DNA of 63,626 bases, filler included, from Pseudomonadota bacterium (GTDB lineage: Bacteria > Bdellovibrionota_F > JAHFAK01 > JBDREC01): NCBI GenBank assembly GCA_043820105.1. It is 9 parts of 8 records of this genome, joined end to end, with 100 filler letters (N's around TTAATTAATTAA, not from the genome) between each part and the next. Parts side by side here need not be neighbours in the genome. Positions count along the whole stretch, not along the records: positions 1 to 30,187 come from JBDREC010000016.1; 8 more parts are not named here. One strand, written 5' to 3'. A program made the position numbers and the translations under genes. Under the pieces are notes generated by a model. That model saw nothing but the letters and a program-made list of their open reading frames with translations. It was not told the DNA's origin and searched no databases. This document shows, one piece after another, positions 10,536 through 21,820 of this stretch. Each line of letters starts with the position of its first letter. Positions within the stretch are counted from its first letter, which is position 1.

Positions 10536-11096
10536 TCATGTTCCCTTATTCCCCTGTTCTCTTTCATTCTCAAAAGTTGGCATTAAATAATCATGCAAAT
10601 TTTTATTTAATATCTTATAAGACCTAAAAAGATCTTCATAGCTTTTAGAAATACTTTTTGAAAAGTCAAAGCCAAGTTTTTCAGATAAGCTTATTAATTT
10701 CTCTTTTGAAGATGATTCAAGCTCAACATAATATCCAAGAAAGGGAAATTTATCTATAAGAATATAATCATCATTCAATTTAAAAGTATGGCGAAGCTTT
10801 TCCTTTCTTCTTGATTCTGATAGACCAAGCTTATTGAGAATTTCCAAAAAGCTGTCAACATCATTGATATTAGTTTCTGTCTCTTTTCTAATTTTAACCT
10901 TACTTTCATTAAAGAAAGCTTCTTTATATGTAATAAGCCCATGCTTATCCCACTTTCTAATTCTTAAATCTTTTCCATTAATACAAAAATATACATCAAG
11001 CTCATTTTGCTTCCCCAAATCAATACATGATAGCTCTTCAACTTTTTGCATAATCTCATCAATAGATTTTATTTTATATTTTACTTCATATTCCAT
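10536..11096 (-). CDS. CYTH-family protein (class IV adenylate cyclase-like)
   Basis: N-terminal EYEVKY, LRIR, TYK, KETET, EKLR, YVELE. Confidence 0.85.
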   Translation of the reverse strand: MEYEVKYKIKSIDEIMQKVEELSCIDLGKQNELDVYFCINGKDLRIRKWDKHGLITYKEAFFNESKVKIRKETETNINDVDSFLEILNKLGLSESRRKEKLRHTFKLNDDYILIDKFPFLGYYVELESSSKEKLISLSEKLGFDFSKSISKSYEDLFRSYKILNKNLHDYLMPTFENEREQGNKGT

Positions 11097-11261
11097 ACAA
11101 ATATTTCATCAATAAAAGCAAAATAGTCAACCCAAAACGCCCACACCTTACGCATTACGCTGTACGCTGTATGCTGAACGAATTATACAATATATTTGAC
11201 AAAATTTAGTAATCATTCTAGTAGTTTTAGCAATAATTACTATTAATGGGGCCTCATATTT

Positions 11262-11954
11262 ATGAAACATTTATCTACTATTTTTCTAATCTTTTCATTA
11301 ATTTTTCTTTTATTTGCATGTGAAGGCAATGTCGAACAAGATGAAAACGAGCAAATTGCAACTGGTAATGCAAAATTAGTTATTCACAACAATGACATTG
11401 AGGATATTGATTATTATGAAGTTGTCATTGAAGGTGATGACATGACAACAATCAATTCTTCCTTTGAAATGGCGGATGATGTATCTGGTTACGTCTATAA
11501 CATTCCAGCTGGCACTGATCGAACATTTACATTAAATGCATATAACGTAGATTCTATTTTGATTTTTACTGGATCTGCTTTAGCTAATGTCTTAGAAGGA
11601 GAAACTGTTGAAGTTGAGATCACCTTAAATGATGTCAATCCAGAAGCTGAGTCTGTTGGTAACGCACATATTGTTGGATCAATCAATTACCTTCCAAGAA
11701 TTGATGTAGCTACTGCCACAGATAATGATGTAAATATTGCAGAAACAATCACATTAACTGTTGAAGCTTCTGACCCAGATGCTGACACCTTATCATATCT
11801 TTGGACAGCCACAGGTGGCTCTTTTTCAGATGACGCTGCTGAAACAACAGTTTGGACAGCACCTTTAAGCTTCGGAACTTACACAATAACAATTACTGTT
11901 GATGATGGCAATGATGGGGAAGCAAGCCTGGATATTGAGATAACAGTAAATTAG
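11262..11954 (+). CDS. Lipoprotein with Ig/PKD-like domains
   Basis: Lipobox LLFAC; acidic beta-rich sequence; ASDPDADTLSYLW...TVDDG. Confidence 0.7.
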   Translation: MKHLSTIFLIFSLIFLLFACEGNVEQDENEQIATGNAKLVIHNNDIEDIDYYEVVIEGDDMTTINSSFEMADDVSGYVYNIPAGTDRTFTLNAYNVDSILIFTGSALANVLEGETVEVEITLNDVNPEAESVGNAHIVGSINYLPRIDVATATDNDVNIAETITLTVEASDPDADTLSYLWTATGGSFSDDAAETTVWTAPLSFGTYTITITVDDGNDGEASLDIEITVN

Positions 11955-11995
11955 TGGGCTTACTCTGTATTCGAATAATATTTAGGATATGAACA

Positions 11996-12358
11996 ATGTA
12001 TAGAAAGATGATATCTATATACATTTCTTCCTTGTTTTTATTTACATGTGTCCTGCGAAATGAGCAGTCTACAGATAACAATATTGTCAAAGTTTTCCTG
12101 GACTACCATGAGATCTCAGATATTGATTATGCTGAAATAGAAATTACAGCTTATGATATGGATCCAATATTAATAGCACATGATATTGAACAAACAAATC
12201 CAATAATTGAAGTTTATAATATTCCAGCAGGATCATCACGAGAATTTTCTATTAATGCCTATAATAGTGAAGACACTTTAATATTTTCAGGTTACTGCAC
12301 TATGGACCTTAGACCAAGGCCAATAAACAGGGACCCAAGCTCGATTTATCCAAGATAG
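11996..12358 (+). CDS. Truncated paralog of the upstream lipoprotein N-domain
   Basis: DIDYAEIEI...VYNIPAGSSREFSINAYN matches DIDYYEVVI...VYNIPAGTDRTFTLNAYN upstream. Confidence 0.55.
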   Translation: MYRKMISIYISSLFLFTCVLRNEQSTDNNIVKVFLDYHEISDIDYAEIEITAYDMDPILIAHDIEQTNPIIEVYNIPAGSSREFSINAYNSEDTLIFSGYCTMDLRPRPINRDPSSIYPR

Positions 12359-12637
12359 ATATGATGAAACATTTGAACCTGTAATTGACAAGTTCAGTTT
12401 ATATTCACTTGAAACAACAAGGCTTGAAGGCACCAATTTTATTGAAATTGAAAGCTGGGTTAGGCAAAATCTTGAACGAGTTGCTGATAATCAAAGCTGG
12501 AGTTTTGCGCAAAGAAGCTATGCTCAGTCCTTATATACAGATTTTATGTTGGCTAAACAAATAGCCCATGATCAAATAAAATTCTTGATGAATGGACAAT
12601 TTTTATTTTATAATATTAATAGAATTGGTATTATAAC

Positions 12638-13891
12638 TTGCAGGATTTTAAATTGTTACTAAGAATTTATCTTGTACCTATATTTTTTTTTATATCTGTA
12701 ACAACATCAAATTTAGAAGCTTTTAAGTACGATGCTCAGAAAATAAATATATTATTAAGATATGATGATTTTTCACCAATAAGTTCTTATGAAATTGAAT
12801 CAAGGTTGATTGATATTTTAAAAAAAAACAATATCCCTTGCACAATAGGAATAATTCCATTTTCAAAGACTATCGATCCATATTCTTATAAGAAATTTGA
12901 TAATAATAAAATTATTTTATTAAAACAGGCTATGAAAGATCAGTTAATTACTCCAGCCTTGCATGGATTTTCACATGAGAATAGAAATAAAGGTTTTTTT
13001 CTGAAACCATCAGAATTTTACAATCAAAATTATTTAAATCAATTAGATCTTATAAACAAAGGGAAACTATATTTAGAAAAGCTACTTGACACTTCGATAG
13101 ATATTTTTGTTCCACCCTGGAATACTTACGATAACAATACTATTAAAGCTCTTGAAAAATTAGATTTCCAAATATTATCAGCAGGTCCAATCGGAGCTAT
13201 AGACACAAAAGTTAATTTAAAATATATTCCAACAACTATTAATTTAGATAAACTAGATTTTTTAATTAATAGCTCAAAAAGAAATAACGATAAAAATATA
13301 TTAATTCATGTTCTATTTCATGAATTTGATTTTTTAGAATCAAAAAATTCAAAAGGATTTATTTCATTGAATGCTTTTGAAAAATTACTGCATTATCTTA
13401 AATCCAGCAATATTAATTTTATATCACTTAATAGTAGTGAACAGCCTTTTAATAAATTCGATGCAAAGCTATATTCCCATTTTTCTGCCCTTAATAAAAA
13501 CCTGAAATTTTTACTTCCTTTTCTTAAAAAGCACTTTGATCATGAAAGATATTTTTACATAAAAGCAGCAACATCAAACAACTTAATAATAAAAGTATTT
13601 TTTTTGTTATTTTTTCAATTTTTAATTGTTACAATAATTACAATGGTATCTTCATTCTATATAAATATTATAATAAACAATATTTTTAAACCATTTATTT
13701 GGGCAATAAAATTGTTTTATTCCATCTTATTTATAATTTCAATAACATCTTTTATTATAAACGATACAATAAGTTACAAATTCTTATTAATTTTTATTGT
13801 TATTTTAATTTTATTATTAGAAACTTTTTTACACAATAGAATATACTTGATTTATACTTCTAAATTAAAAACAGATACAATGAAAGAATAA
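12638..13891 (+). CDS. Polysaccharide deacetylase-like protein (DUF2334) with C-terminal TM helices
   Basis: LRYDD, LHGFSH, FVPPWN motifs. Confidence 0.75.
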   Translation: MQDFKLLLRIYLVPIFFFISVTTSNLEAFKYDAQKINILLRYDDFSPISSYEIESRLIDILKKNNIPCTIGIIPFSKTIDPYSYKKFDNNKIILLKQAMKDQLITPALHGFSHENRNKGFFLKPSEFYNQNYLNQLDLINKGKLYLEKLLDTSIDIFVPPWNTYDNNTIKALEKLDFQILSAGPIGAIDTKVNLKYIPTTINLDKLDFLINSSKRNNDKNILIHVLFHEFDFLESKNSKGFISLNAFEKLLHYLKSSNINFISLNSSEQPFNKFDAKLYSHFSALNKNLKFLLPFLKKHFDHERYFYIKAATSNNLIIKVFFLLFFQFLIVTIITMVSSFYINIIINNIFKPFIWAIKLFYSILFIISITSFIINDTISYKFLLIFIVILILLLETFLHNRIYLIYTSKLKTDTMKE

Positions 13892-13899
13892 TAAATTAA

Positions 13900-15444
13900 A
13901 TGCCAGGATATAGTAAAAAGTTAGCAAAAAATACCTTTTTCAATTTTATTGGAAAATCATACTCAGCAATTATTGTTATTTTTTTAGTTCCAATAATAAT
14001 CAAACATATTGGAATGGACCATTTTGGAGTATGGGCCATTGTTAGTGTAATTTTTGGATATGTAGAACTCGCTGATTTGGGCTTTGGTTCATCATATTTA
14101 AAGTATCTATCAGAAGCTCATACAAAAAATGATATTAAGGAAATTTCAAAAATCTTAGTAACTGGTTTATTTTTTTATATAACTCTTGTCTTTTTAGTTG
14201 CAATTATTCTAATACCATCTATTCCTTTATTAATAAGACTATTTAACTTAGGTAACTTGAAGGAGATTTCTTCTTTTGCTATTTTAATTGGATTTTTTAT
14301 TTTTGCAGTTAATAGCATTTTAGGAATGTCCCAAAGCCTTATTCATGCATTACAACGCTATGATATTTCAAATAAAGTATCAATTTTTATAAAATCCTTC
14401 AGATTCATTTTAATGGTAATCCTTTTATATTTGGGATATGGTTTAAAAGGTTTAATGATAGGCCAATTAATGGTTACTATAATTCATAATCTAATAAATT
14501 TTGTAATAGCGAAATCTTTATTACCAGGTTGGTCCATAAAAATAAAAAACATAGAACATAATACTGCAAAAAAACTTTTTAAATTTGGAATTAAAATTCA
14601 AACTGCAAGAATATCTGAACAAATAAATGCTCATATTGATAAAATTATCTTATCTAATGTTTATAATATTACCCTTGTTGGATATTATGAAATTGCAACA
14701 AAAATTGTAAACATCATTAAATTATTTGCTAAAATATTAGCGTCTGCAACTATCCCTTTGGCATCTGAACTAGAAGCCAAAAATCAAACCGACAAGATTC
14801 ACGATCTTTTTTTTACAGGAACAAAACTGCTTGTTTTAACGTCTTCTTTTATGATTTTATTTATTTTAATGTTTTCAGATGACATTTTGTTTTTATGGTT
14901 GGGAAAAATTTATGACGATGCTAGATTATTTTTGCATATTTTAATTTTTGGTGTTGCAATAAATATTACCAGTGCTATTGCAATGCATCTTGCAAATGGA
15001 ATGGGCAAACCTGAATTTGAAATGAATTATGGCTTTTTGTTAATGATTATGAATCTAACATTAAGTATTTTGGGTATTATTTTTATTGGAAAAATTGGAC
15101 CAGCACTTGGAACTACTGTATCTTTATCAGTAGCTACTCTTTATTATTTAGTTTTGTTTTGTAACTATTTAAAAGTTAGCTTAAAAGATTATTTAGCTTT
15201 ATATTCTAAACCAGTTTTAGCAATTATAATTATTGGATTCTTTTATATTTTCTATAATTATCTGGAATCCTTTTATCTTGAAAATATTTCCTATAGAAGA
15301 CTTTATTATTTCTTTAAATTAGGTTTTCTGTTTTTATTTGGATTTTTTATGCACTTCTATTTTTTACGTATCGCTAATTATTTCACTAAAGTAGAAAAAA
15401 AGAAATTAACCCCTATAAAAATAGCAAAACTGATTTTTAAATAA
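13900..15444 (+). CDS. Wzx-like oligosaccharide flippase
   Basis: 12-14 TM segments; LAKNTFFN, ADLGFG, VGYYEIA. Confidence 0.85.
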   Translation: MPGYSKKLAKNTFFNFIGKSYSAIIVIFLVPIIIKHIGMDHFGVWAIVSVIFGYVELADLGFGSSYLKYLSEAHTKNDIKEISKILVTGLFFYITLVFLVAIILIPSIPLLIRLFNLGNLKEISSFAILIGFFIFAVNSILGMSQSLIHALQRYDISNKVSIFIKSFRFILMVILLYLGYGLKGLMIGQLMVTIIHNLINFVIAKSLLPGWSIKIKNIEHNTAKKLFKFGIKIQTARISEQINAHIDKIILSNVYNITLVGYYEIATKIVNIIKLFAKILASATIPLASELEAKNQTDKIHDLFFTGTKLLVLTSSFMILFILMFSDDILFLWLGKIYDDARLFLHILIFGVAINITSAIAMHLANGMGKPEFEMNYGFLLMIMNLTLSILGIIFIGKIGPALGTTVSLSVATLYYLVLFCNYLKVSLKDYLALYSKPVLAIIIIGFFYIFYNYLESFYLENISYRRLYYFFKLGFLFLFGFFMHFYFLRIANYFTKVEKKKLTPIKIAKLIFK

Positions 15445-15587
15445 GTCAATGCAGGGATAGAAAGGCGAGTTACAACAGGGTTTGACTTCCTTGATAAATT
15501 TATATTTAATAATTATAGTCCAACAAAGTTTTTTGGAGATTTGATAATTTTTAAAGATTATAAATAAAAATAGTAATAAAAATTAAA

Positions 15588-16310
15588 ATGAATAAAAAAC
15601 TAACAAACTATTTTAAGAAAACCGATAAGAATGGCGAAAGTTACGGTCTGACGATATTTTTTCTTCCTTTTAGAGCAATTAGAATATTATATCGTGATTT
15701 AAAAAATATTCTTAAATTAAAATATAGAAGAATATCAAAAAATTCTATTTTCTTTGAAAAAAAAGAGTTGGAGATGTGTTCCTTATTTCCCAAGGAAATA
15801 CTAGATACAGTTATTAAACTTTATAATCCACAATCAGTTTTGGATCTTGGTTGTGGAGTTGGTAGATCGCTAGATTATTTTAAGGCTAATAATATTAATG
15901 TTACTGGTGTTGAAGGATCAAAAATGGCCATAGCTAAATCGTTAAATCCAGAATTAATTATCCATTATAATTTGAATAATCCTTTAAATTTAAATCAACG
16001 CTTTGACTTAATATGGTCATTTGAATTCGTTGAACATATACATCCTGATTTTGTTAAAAATCTTATGAAAACCTTTTCCAATCACTCAGATGTTGTGGTG
16101 ATATCAGCCGCTCCCCCAGGTCAAGGAGGAGAGGGACATTTTAATGAGCAACCACCCGAATATTGGATAAGTCAATTTTCCACATATGGATATGTTTATA
16201 ATAAGGTTTACACAAATAAGATAAAAATAATAAAAGAAATGTTCAGTAAAAACATATTAATTTTTGAAAAAAACAAGAATATAGGTAAGCCCCTAGAAAA
16301 CCAGACTTAA
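15588..16310 (+). CDS. Class I SAM-dependent methyltransferase
   Basis: VLDLGCGVG, FDLIWSFEFVEHI, PGQGGEGHFNEQ. Confidence 0.85.
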   Translation: MNKKLTNYFKKTDKNGESYGLTIFFLPFRAIRILYRDLKNILKLKYRRISKNSIFFEKKELEMCSLFPKEILDTVIKLYNPQSVLDLGCGVGRSLDYFKANNINVTGVEGSKMAIAKSLNPELIIHYNLNNPLNLNQRFDLIWSFEFVEHIHPDFVKNLMKTFSNHSDVVVISAAPPGQGGEGHFNEQPPEYWISQFSTYGYVYNKVYTNKIKIIKEMFSKNILIFEKNKNIGKPLENQT

Positions 16311-16395
16311 GAGCCATGAAATAAAAGTTGCATTATAGGATCAATAAAAACATATAAGGATTTCGTATTTAAAACTTCTACAACAGGCTGGTTCA

Positions 16396-17508
16396 CTAGA
16401 AGTTCACCAGAGATAAATATATATCCGAAATCTTTTGGGTATGTTTTTGAATGGTATATTCTCCCTGAACCTTTTTATATCCAGCCAAACCCATTTTAAT
16501 TCTACCTGCCTCATCTTTAATCATCTGAATTATAGCTCTAGCTAGATTTTCAGGATCTTTCAAAGGAACTAGTAAACCATTTATATTATTTTCGACAATC
16601 TCAGGTATACCACCAGAATTTACACCAACAACTGGTTTTTTGGCTGCCATTGCCTCAATTAAAACCCTACCAAAAGCTTCATTTTCAGATGTTAAAACAC
16701 ATATATCACTAATATTAAAAACATCAGAAATAGGATTGTAAAAATCAATAAACTTAACGTTATCCATTATATTTAGTCTAGAGACTTCATTGTCTAATTC
16801 CTTTCTGCAGTTTTTTTGGATTTCACTTCCAACTATTAAAAACTTAATATTCCTATATTTTGATAAAATTATTTTAGCAGCTTTGATAAAATCTATTTGT
16901 CTTTTTTGTCTGCTTATTTGAGAAACCATAGAAATAATAATTTCATTTCCATATATACCTAAATTTTTTTTTAAATTATTTTTTACTAAATCACAAGCAA
17001 AGTCCGCTACATTCACACCGTTTGGAACAACTTCTACCTTACTATTACTTTGTTTAAAATTAATAAATTTTTGGGATGTATATTTGGAATTACAAATGAT
17101 TTTAGAACTAAAATAGAAATTGATTCTATCAAAGATCCTATCCGCCCATCCAACCCTAACATGCCAAATCAAGTGCAAGTCAAGAAGTTTAGAGAGTAAT
17201 CCAGATATGAAAACAAGTCTTGGCACAGAATTATGAATTATATCTATTTTTTCCTTTTTTATTATTAACAGAAGTCGAATCATGTAATATGGAATTAATA
17301 ATAACCCTATTCCTTTAAAAGATTTAATGTTTAAATAATAGACACTTGAACCAAGCTTATAAAGCTCTCTAGAAAATTCTCCTTTGCCTGAACAAATTAC
17401 CACAGGCTTATATTTTTTTTTATCCAGATTTTTAATTAATGAGATTAAGCTCACCTGTCCACCACCTAAAAAATGGGAGACCTTTTCAATGTAGAGAATT
17501 GATATCAT
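16396..17508 (-). CDS. Glycosyltransferase family 4
   Basis: GGGQ, VPNGV, EAFGRVLIEAMA. Confidence 0.9.
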   Translation of the reverse strand: MISILYIEKVSHFLGGGQVSLISLIKNLDKKKYKPVVICSGKGEFSRELYKLGSSVYYLNIKSFKGIGLLLIPYYMIRLLLIIKKEKIDIIHNSVPRLVFISGLLSKLLDLHLIWHVRVGWADRIFDRINFYFSSKIICNSKYTSQKFINFKQSNSKVEVVPNGVNVADFACDLVKNNLKKNLGIYGNEIIISMVSQISRQKRQIDFIKAAKIILSKYRNIKFLIVGSEIQKNCRKELDNEVSRLNIMDNVKFIDFYNPISDVFNISDICVLTSENEAFGRVLIEAMAAKKPVVGVNSGGIPEIVENNINGLLVPLKDPENLARAIIQMIKDEAGRIKMGLAGYKKVQGEYTIQKHTQKISDIYLSLVNF

Positions 17509-17691
17509 TTATATAACCAAAATGTTACTAAGCAATGATTATTTTTCCAATAATCTAAATATTATTATTAAAAAACAGATAAAGGATACCTGCAATTGAT
17601 TTAGTACAAATGAAATTTATATTCTTTTTAAAATAAACTACAACAGAAAAAATTACTACTCTTGAAATTAAAAATACATTTACAATTGCTT

Positions 17692-18739
17692 TTAAAATAT
17701 CAACACCCCATTTTTAATCCCACCTAAAATTCTTCCACAATCCATCATGCCAGATTTTATTATCAACAAAAGATAAACCTGCAAAAGTTCAAGAAAATTC
17801 AAGGGAACATTTAATTTCTTGGATTTTTGCTTTACTCTAAAGATAGTGAAAATAACAAATATAAAAAATAGACCCAAAAGTGGTAAATAAAGACAAGATA
17901 AAAATAGCAAAAAAAGCAGCTTTTTGGTTAATGTGTTAAATTTAAACCATAGGCGTATTGGAAAATTTTTTAAAATTTTAAAATATGAAAACTCAATAAT
18001 TAAGAGCTTTCTCTTACTATTTTTCAAGGAAACCGCATGAACTTTGCCATAGTTAAAAGCCTGCTTTATCATTGACATACAACTGCTGCGGTGCTGATGC
18101 AATATCACAGCATGGCTAGTGTATTTAATTATATAATTTTTTTCTAATATTCTCCTGCATAAATCGTGATCTTCACCATATTTCAAATTTTCATTAAAAA
18201 CACCTACTTCGTTAATTAATAAATCAGACTTAACTGAAAAATTGGCAGTAGAAAATATACCTCGAATTACATTATATGAATCAACCTGAAAATCATGGTC
18301 TGCTGTATTTAAAGTATAAAGAGATCCTAATTTTTCATATATGTTTTCAGCTGAACTTCCTATTATCTTACCAGCAACACCCCCCTATTTTTTTTGTATC
18401 ATTATACTGAGTTAATAAATTGTGAATCCAATGCTTTTCAGGAATACAATCGCCATCAGTAAATACGATAATATCTGAATTGGAATGCAACATGCCCTTA
18501 TTTCTACATGCAGAAGGTCCCCTTTTTTCCTCTTTTAAAATTGTAATATTTATTTTGATATTTTTCTTGTTGAATTCCTCAATAATTTCAACACTGCGAT
18601 CAGTTGACATATTATCGACAAAAATTATTTCATCAGGTAAAGTAATTTGATTGAGCAGGGCTTTTAGAAGTGCTAAAATCGTACTTTCAACATTAAGAAT
18701 AGGTATAATTAAGGTGGAAGTTAATTTCATATTTAACAA
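17692..18739 (-). pseudogene. Family 2 glycosyltransferase split by a +1 frameshift
   Basis: N-half (VDNMSTD, FTDGDC) and C-half (GEDHDLC) join in frame if one base is removed from the A8-TA-G6 tract at 18380-18395. Confidence 0.85.
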
Positions 18740-18884
18740 TAAAAAAAATAATTAACATTAACAAAATTTAATACTATTATTATATATTACTTTTAGCTTT
18801 TATCAAGAATATAAAAAAAAATTGAAAAATTTATTGTTTTTTATATTATGAAAGCATAAAGTAAAAAAAAATAAAGAAGAATTC

Positions 18885-20630
18885 ATGAACAAGCTTCCAT
18901 TCATTTCAATAGTAGTTATCACAAAAGATAGAGAAAAGGAATTAAAAGATTTACTTTTTTCTTTAGAGTTACAAGATTATCCCAAAAATCGTTTTGAAGT
19001 AATTGTAATTTCCAATAAAAAGATAGAAATTAATTTCGGTCATCTATTTATTTCTCCTCCTAATATGGGATTCGGAAAAAAGAGAAACCTTAGTCTTCTA
19101 AAAGCAAAAGGTGAATACATAGCTTTTATTGATGATGACTGTTATGCACCCCCGAATTGGTTAAAAACCCACCTTAAATCGTGCATAGACAATGACGCAG
19201 TGGCAGTGGGGGGATCATTCCTTCCATATAAACCCAAAATAATAGGTTTAATTACATATCTACTTGGATTTCCAGGAAAAGGAGCCTTTAGAATACTTCA
19301 AGATGAAATCTCAATATCCCGTTCAATTTCAACTGGCAATGCATTTGCTAAAAGCAAACAATTATCCGAAATTGGAGGTTTTAAGGATAATTTGATATGG
19401 GGTGGTGAAGACCAAGATTTATTTGCTAGATTGAATTCTGTATATAAGACTATAATTAATCCAAATAATTTTGTTTTTCACAGGCAAAGAGAAAACATTT
19501 TTAAGATTTTTCAATGGTTTATAAGACGAGGCAAATCAGAATATTTTAGAAACAAAACAACTAAATCCTGCATCAGTTCTCTATTTACTCCAAGAAGAAG
19601 ATCAATTACATTAAAAACCTTAATAGTCATTTTTTTAACACTTATCTTTAAATGGCCTATTTTATTAATAATCATTTTATTATATTATTCAATAATAAAC
19701 TTAAGGATTTTCAAATTACTCAGGAAAATTAATAACTCTTCTAATATTGAAATTAAGGATATTTGTAATAAAAATAATATAATAATAATTTTAAGCTTAG
19801 CCCCATTAGTAAAAATCACAATGGATATAGCTTGTGAAATAGGCAAGTATCTGGCATTTTATTCTGATTGCAAAAAATCTATTGAAATATTTAACTCTCC
19901 CATAGTATTGACATTTCACAAGATAGGAACAGCTATTAATAGACAAAACAAGAATTCTTTTTATATTGATACAGATAATTTTCAAAAAATAATTTCCTTT
20001 TTTATAAAAAAAGGCTACATCGTATCATCTATCAAAAAACATTTAAAAGAAAAACCTAAGAAATCTTTGATTTTAACTTTTGATGATGGTTACAAGAATT
20101 TTTTTGAAAACGCCTATCCAATATTAAAACATAAATCAATAAACGCCACTATATTTATTCCATCCAATTTTATAGGTAAAACAAATACTTGGGAAACAGA
20201 TCCAAATTCAATTCCCCAGGAAATATTATCTTGGGATGAATTAAATAAACTTTACGCTAATGGAATTGAAATTGGATCACACACAGAAAATCATATTAAT
20301 CTTGCATCTGAACCTGACATGAAGATACTACAAAAAGAAATCATATGCTCAAAATCTTTTTTACAAAATAATTTAAAAACTGAAATTATTTCATTTGCAT
20401 TACCTTATGGTGGCTACTCTCCACATGCACTTAGTACCTTATCAGATACATATCAATTCATTTGTACAAGTGTAGGAGGCCGTTGGTTTAATCAAGCAAA
20501 ATTTATAAAAAGAATATCTGTCTCCCCAAAAGAAACAACGTATTCGTTATATTTTAAAATATTGTTTTTCACCCTAAAAGATTTCCTCAGATTTTTTTTA
20601 AAAAATCAGGACTCAAGATTTTCAATTTAA
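18885..20630 (+). CDS. GT2 glycosyltransferase fused to polysaccharide deacetylase
   Basis: FIDDDC, GGEDQDL; C-terminal LTFDDGY, GSHTENH, LPYG. Confidence 0.85.
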   Translation: MNKLPFISIVVITKDREKELKDLLFSLELQDYPKNRFEVIVISNKKIEINFGHLFISPPNMGFGKKRNLSLLKAKGEYIAFIDDDCYAPPNWLKTHLKSCIDNDAVAVGGSFLPYKPKIIGLITYLLGFPGKGAFRILQDEISISRSISTGNAFAKSKQLSEIGGFKDNLIWGGEDQDLFARLNSVYKTIINPNNFVFHRQRENIFKIFQWFIRRGKSEYFRNKTTKSCISSLFTPRRRSITLKTLIVIFLTLIFKWPILLIIILLYYSIINLRIFKLLRKINNSSNIEIKDICNKNNIIIILSLAPLVKITMDIACEIGKYLAFYSDCKKSIEIFNSPIVLTFHKIGTAINRQNKNSFYIDTDNFQKIISFFIKKGYIVSSIKKHLKEKPKKSLILTFDDGYKNFFENAYPILKHKSINATIFIPSNFIGKTNTWETDPNSIPQEILSWDELNKLYANGIEIGSHTENHINLASEPDMKILQKEIICSKSFLQNNLKTEIISFALPYGGYSPHALSTLSDTYQFICTSVGGRWFNQAKFIKRISVSPKETTYSLYFKILFFTLKDFLRFFLKNQDSRFSI

Positions 20631-20657
20631 CATTTTATATAATAATAGGATTACAAA

Positions 20658-21797
20658 ATGAAAATAACTTTCTATTGTGAATCTGGTGGTTTTGGAGGCA
20701 TGGAAAAGGTATTAATCGATACTGCGATTGAGTTATCCAAATCAAATTACCGTGTTACTGTGCTTATGAACTCTATAAATGAAAACCCGCCTTTTGAAGA
20801 AAAACTAATAAAGAATAATTGCAATTATGTAAACATTGATATTAAACATATTTCATTTATAAAAAACATTTTTCGCGCTTATCGATTATTTACAAAGTAT
20901 CCATCGGATATAATTCATTTCTATCTAGGTTCTGTTACTAGCTGCCAGTCTGCAATACTAGGCGCTTTTTTAGCAAAACTTGTACTTAAAAAAACAAAAA
21001 TAAACTTAATTGCTACTGAACAACTTGATAGTATGCTAAAAATAGACAAAATATCCTTTGCCAGTAAAATTCTTAAAAACATTACTCTTAAAATACTATC
21101 ACACATAATATGTGTTTCAAAATCTGTTCACCAAAATCTAATTAGCTTTTTTAATATTAATAAAAATAAAACATCAATTATTTATAACAGTATAATAGTC
21201 AATGATTACAAAAATCATGTCCTTAGCAAAAAAAGAGAAGATTTGCTTCCAGAAACAAATGACAAAGTAGTATATATCGTCCCTGCTAGACTTGAACCAA
21301 TAAAAGGACACAAGTATTTAATTGAAGCTATTTCTCAAATAAAAGAAAAAATTCCAAAAGCAATATTTTTCTTTTTAGGTGATGGAACTGAAAGAAAAAA
21401 TATTGAATCACAAATTCAGGAAAAAAAACTTGAAAATAATATTAAAATTCTTGGTTTTCAACCAAATGTAGCTGATTATTTGAAAGTCAGTGATGTATTT
21501 GTTCTTACTTCCTTATCAGAAGGTTTACCATTATCTGTTATTGAAGGAATGGCCTGTGAATTACCTATTATTGGTTCCCGAATTAGCGGTATAACTGAGT
21601 TGGTAGTAGATGGTAAAAATGGATATTTGCCACCTGCTAAAGATTACCAGAAAATATCTGAATATCTATTAAAACTATATTTAGATCCAGATTTAAGAAA
21701 TAAAATGGGCGAAGAATCTTTTTTGATTGCAAAAAACAAATTTGATCTCAAAGAAATCACCAAAGAAATTGATTCTGTATATAAAAAACTAAACTAA
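20658..21797 (+). CDS. Glycosyltransferase family 4
   Basis: GGME, ARLEPIKGH, EGLPLSVIEGMA. Confidence 0.9.
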   Translation: MKITFYCESGGFGGMEKVLIDTAIELSKSNYRVTVLMNSINENPPFEEKLIKNNCNYVNIDIKHISFIKNIFRAYRLFTKYPSDIIHFYLGSVTSCQSAILGAFLAKLVLKKTKINLIATEQLDSMLKIDKISFASKILKNITLKILSHIICVSKSVHQNLISFFNINKNKTSIIYNSIIVNDYKNHVLSKKREDLLPETNDKVVYIVPARLEPIKGHKYLIEAISQIKEKIPKAIFFFLGDGTERKNIESQIQEKKLENNIKILGFQPNVADYLKVSDVFVLTSLSEGLPLSVIEGMACELPIIGSRISGITELVVDGKNGYLPPAKDYQKISEYLLKLYLDPDLRNKMGEESFLIAKNKFDLKEITKEIDSVYKKLN

Positions 21798-21820
21798 GTT
21801 CATTTTACTTAATTGAATAA

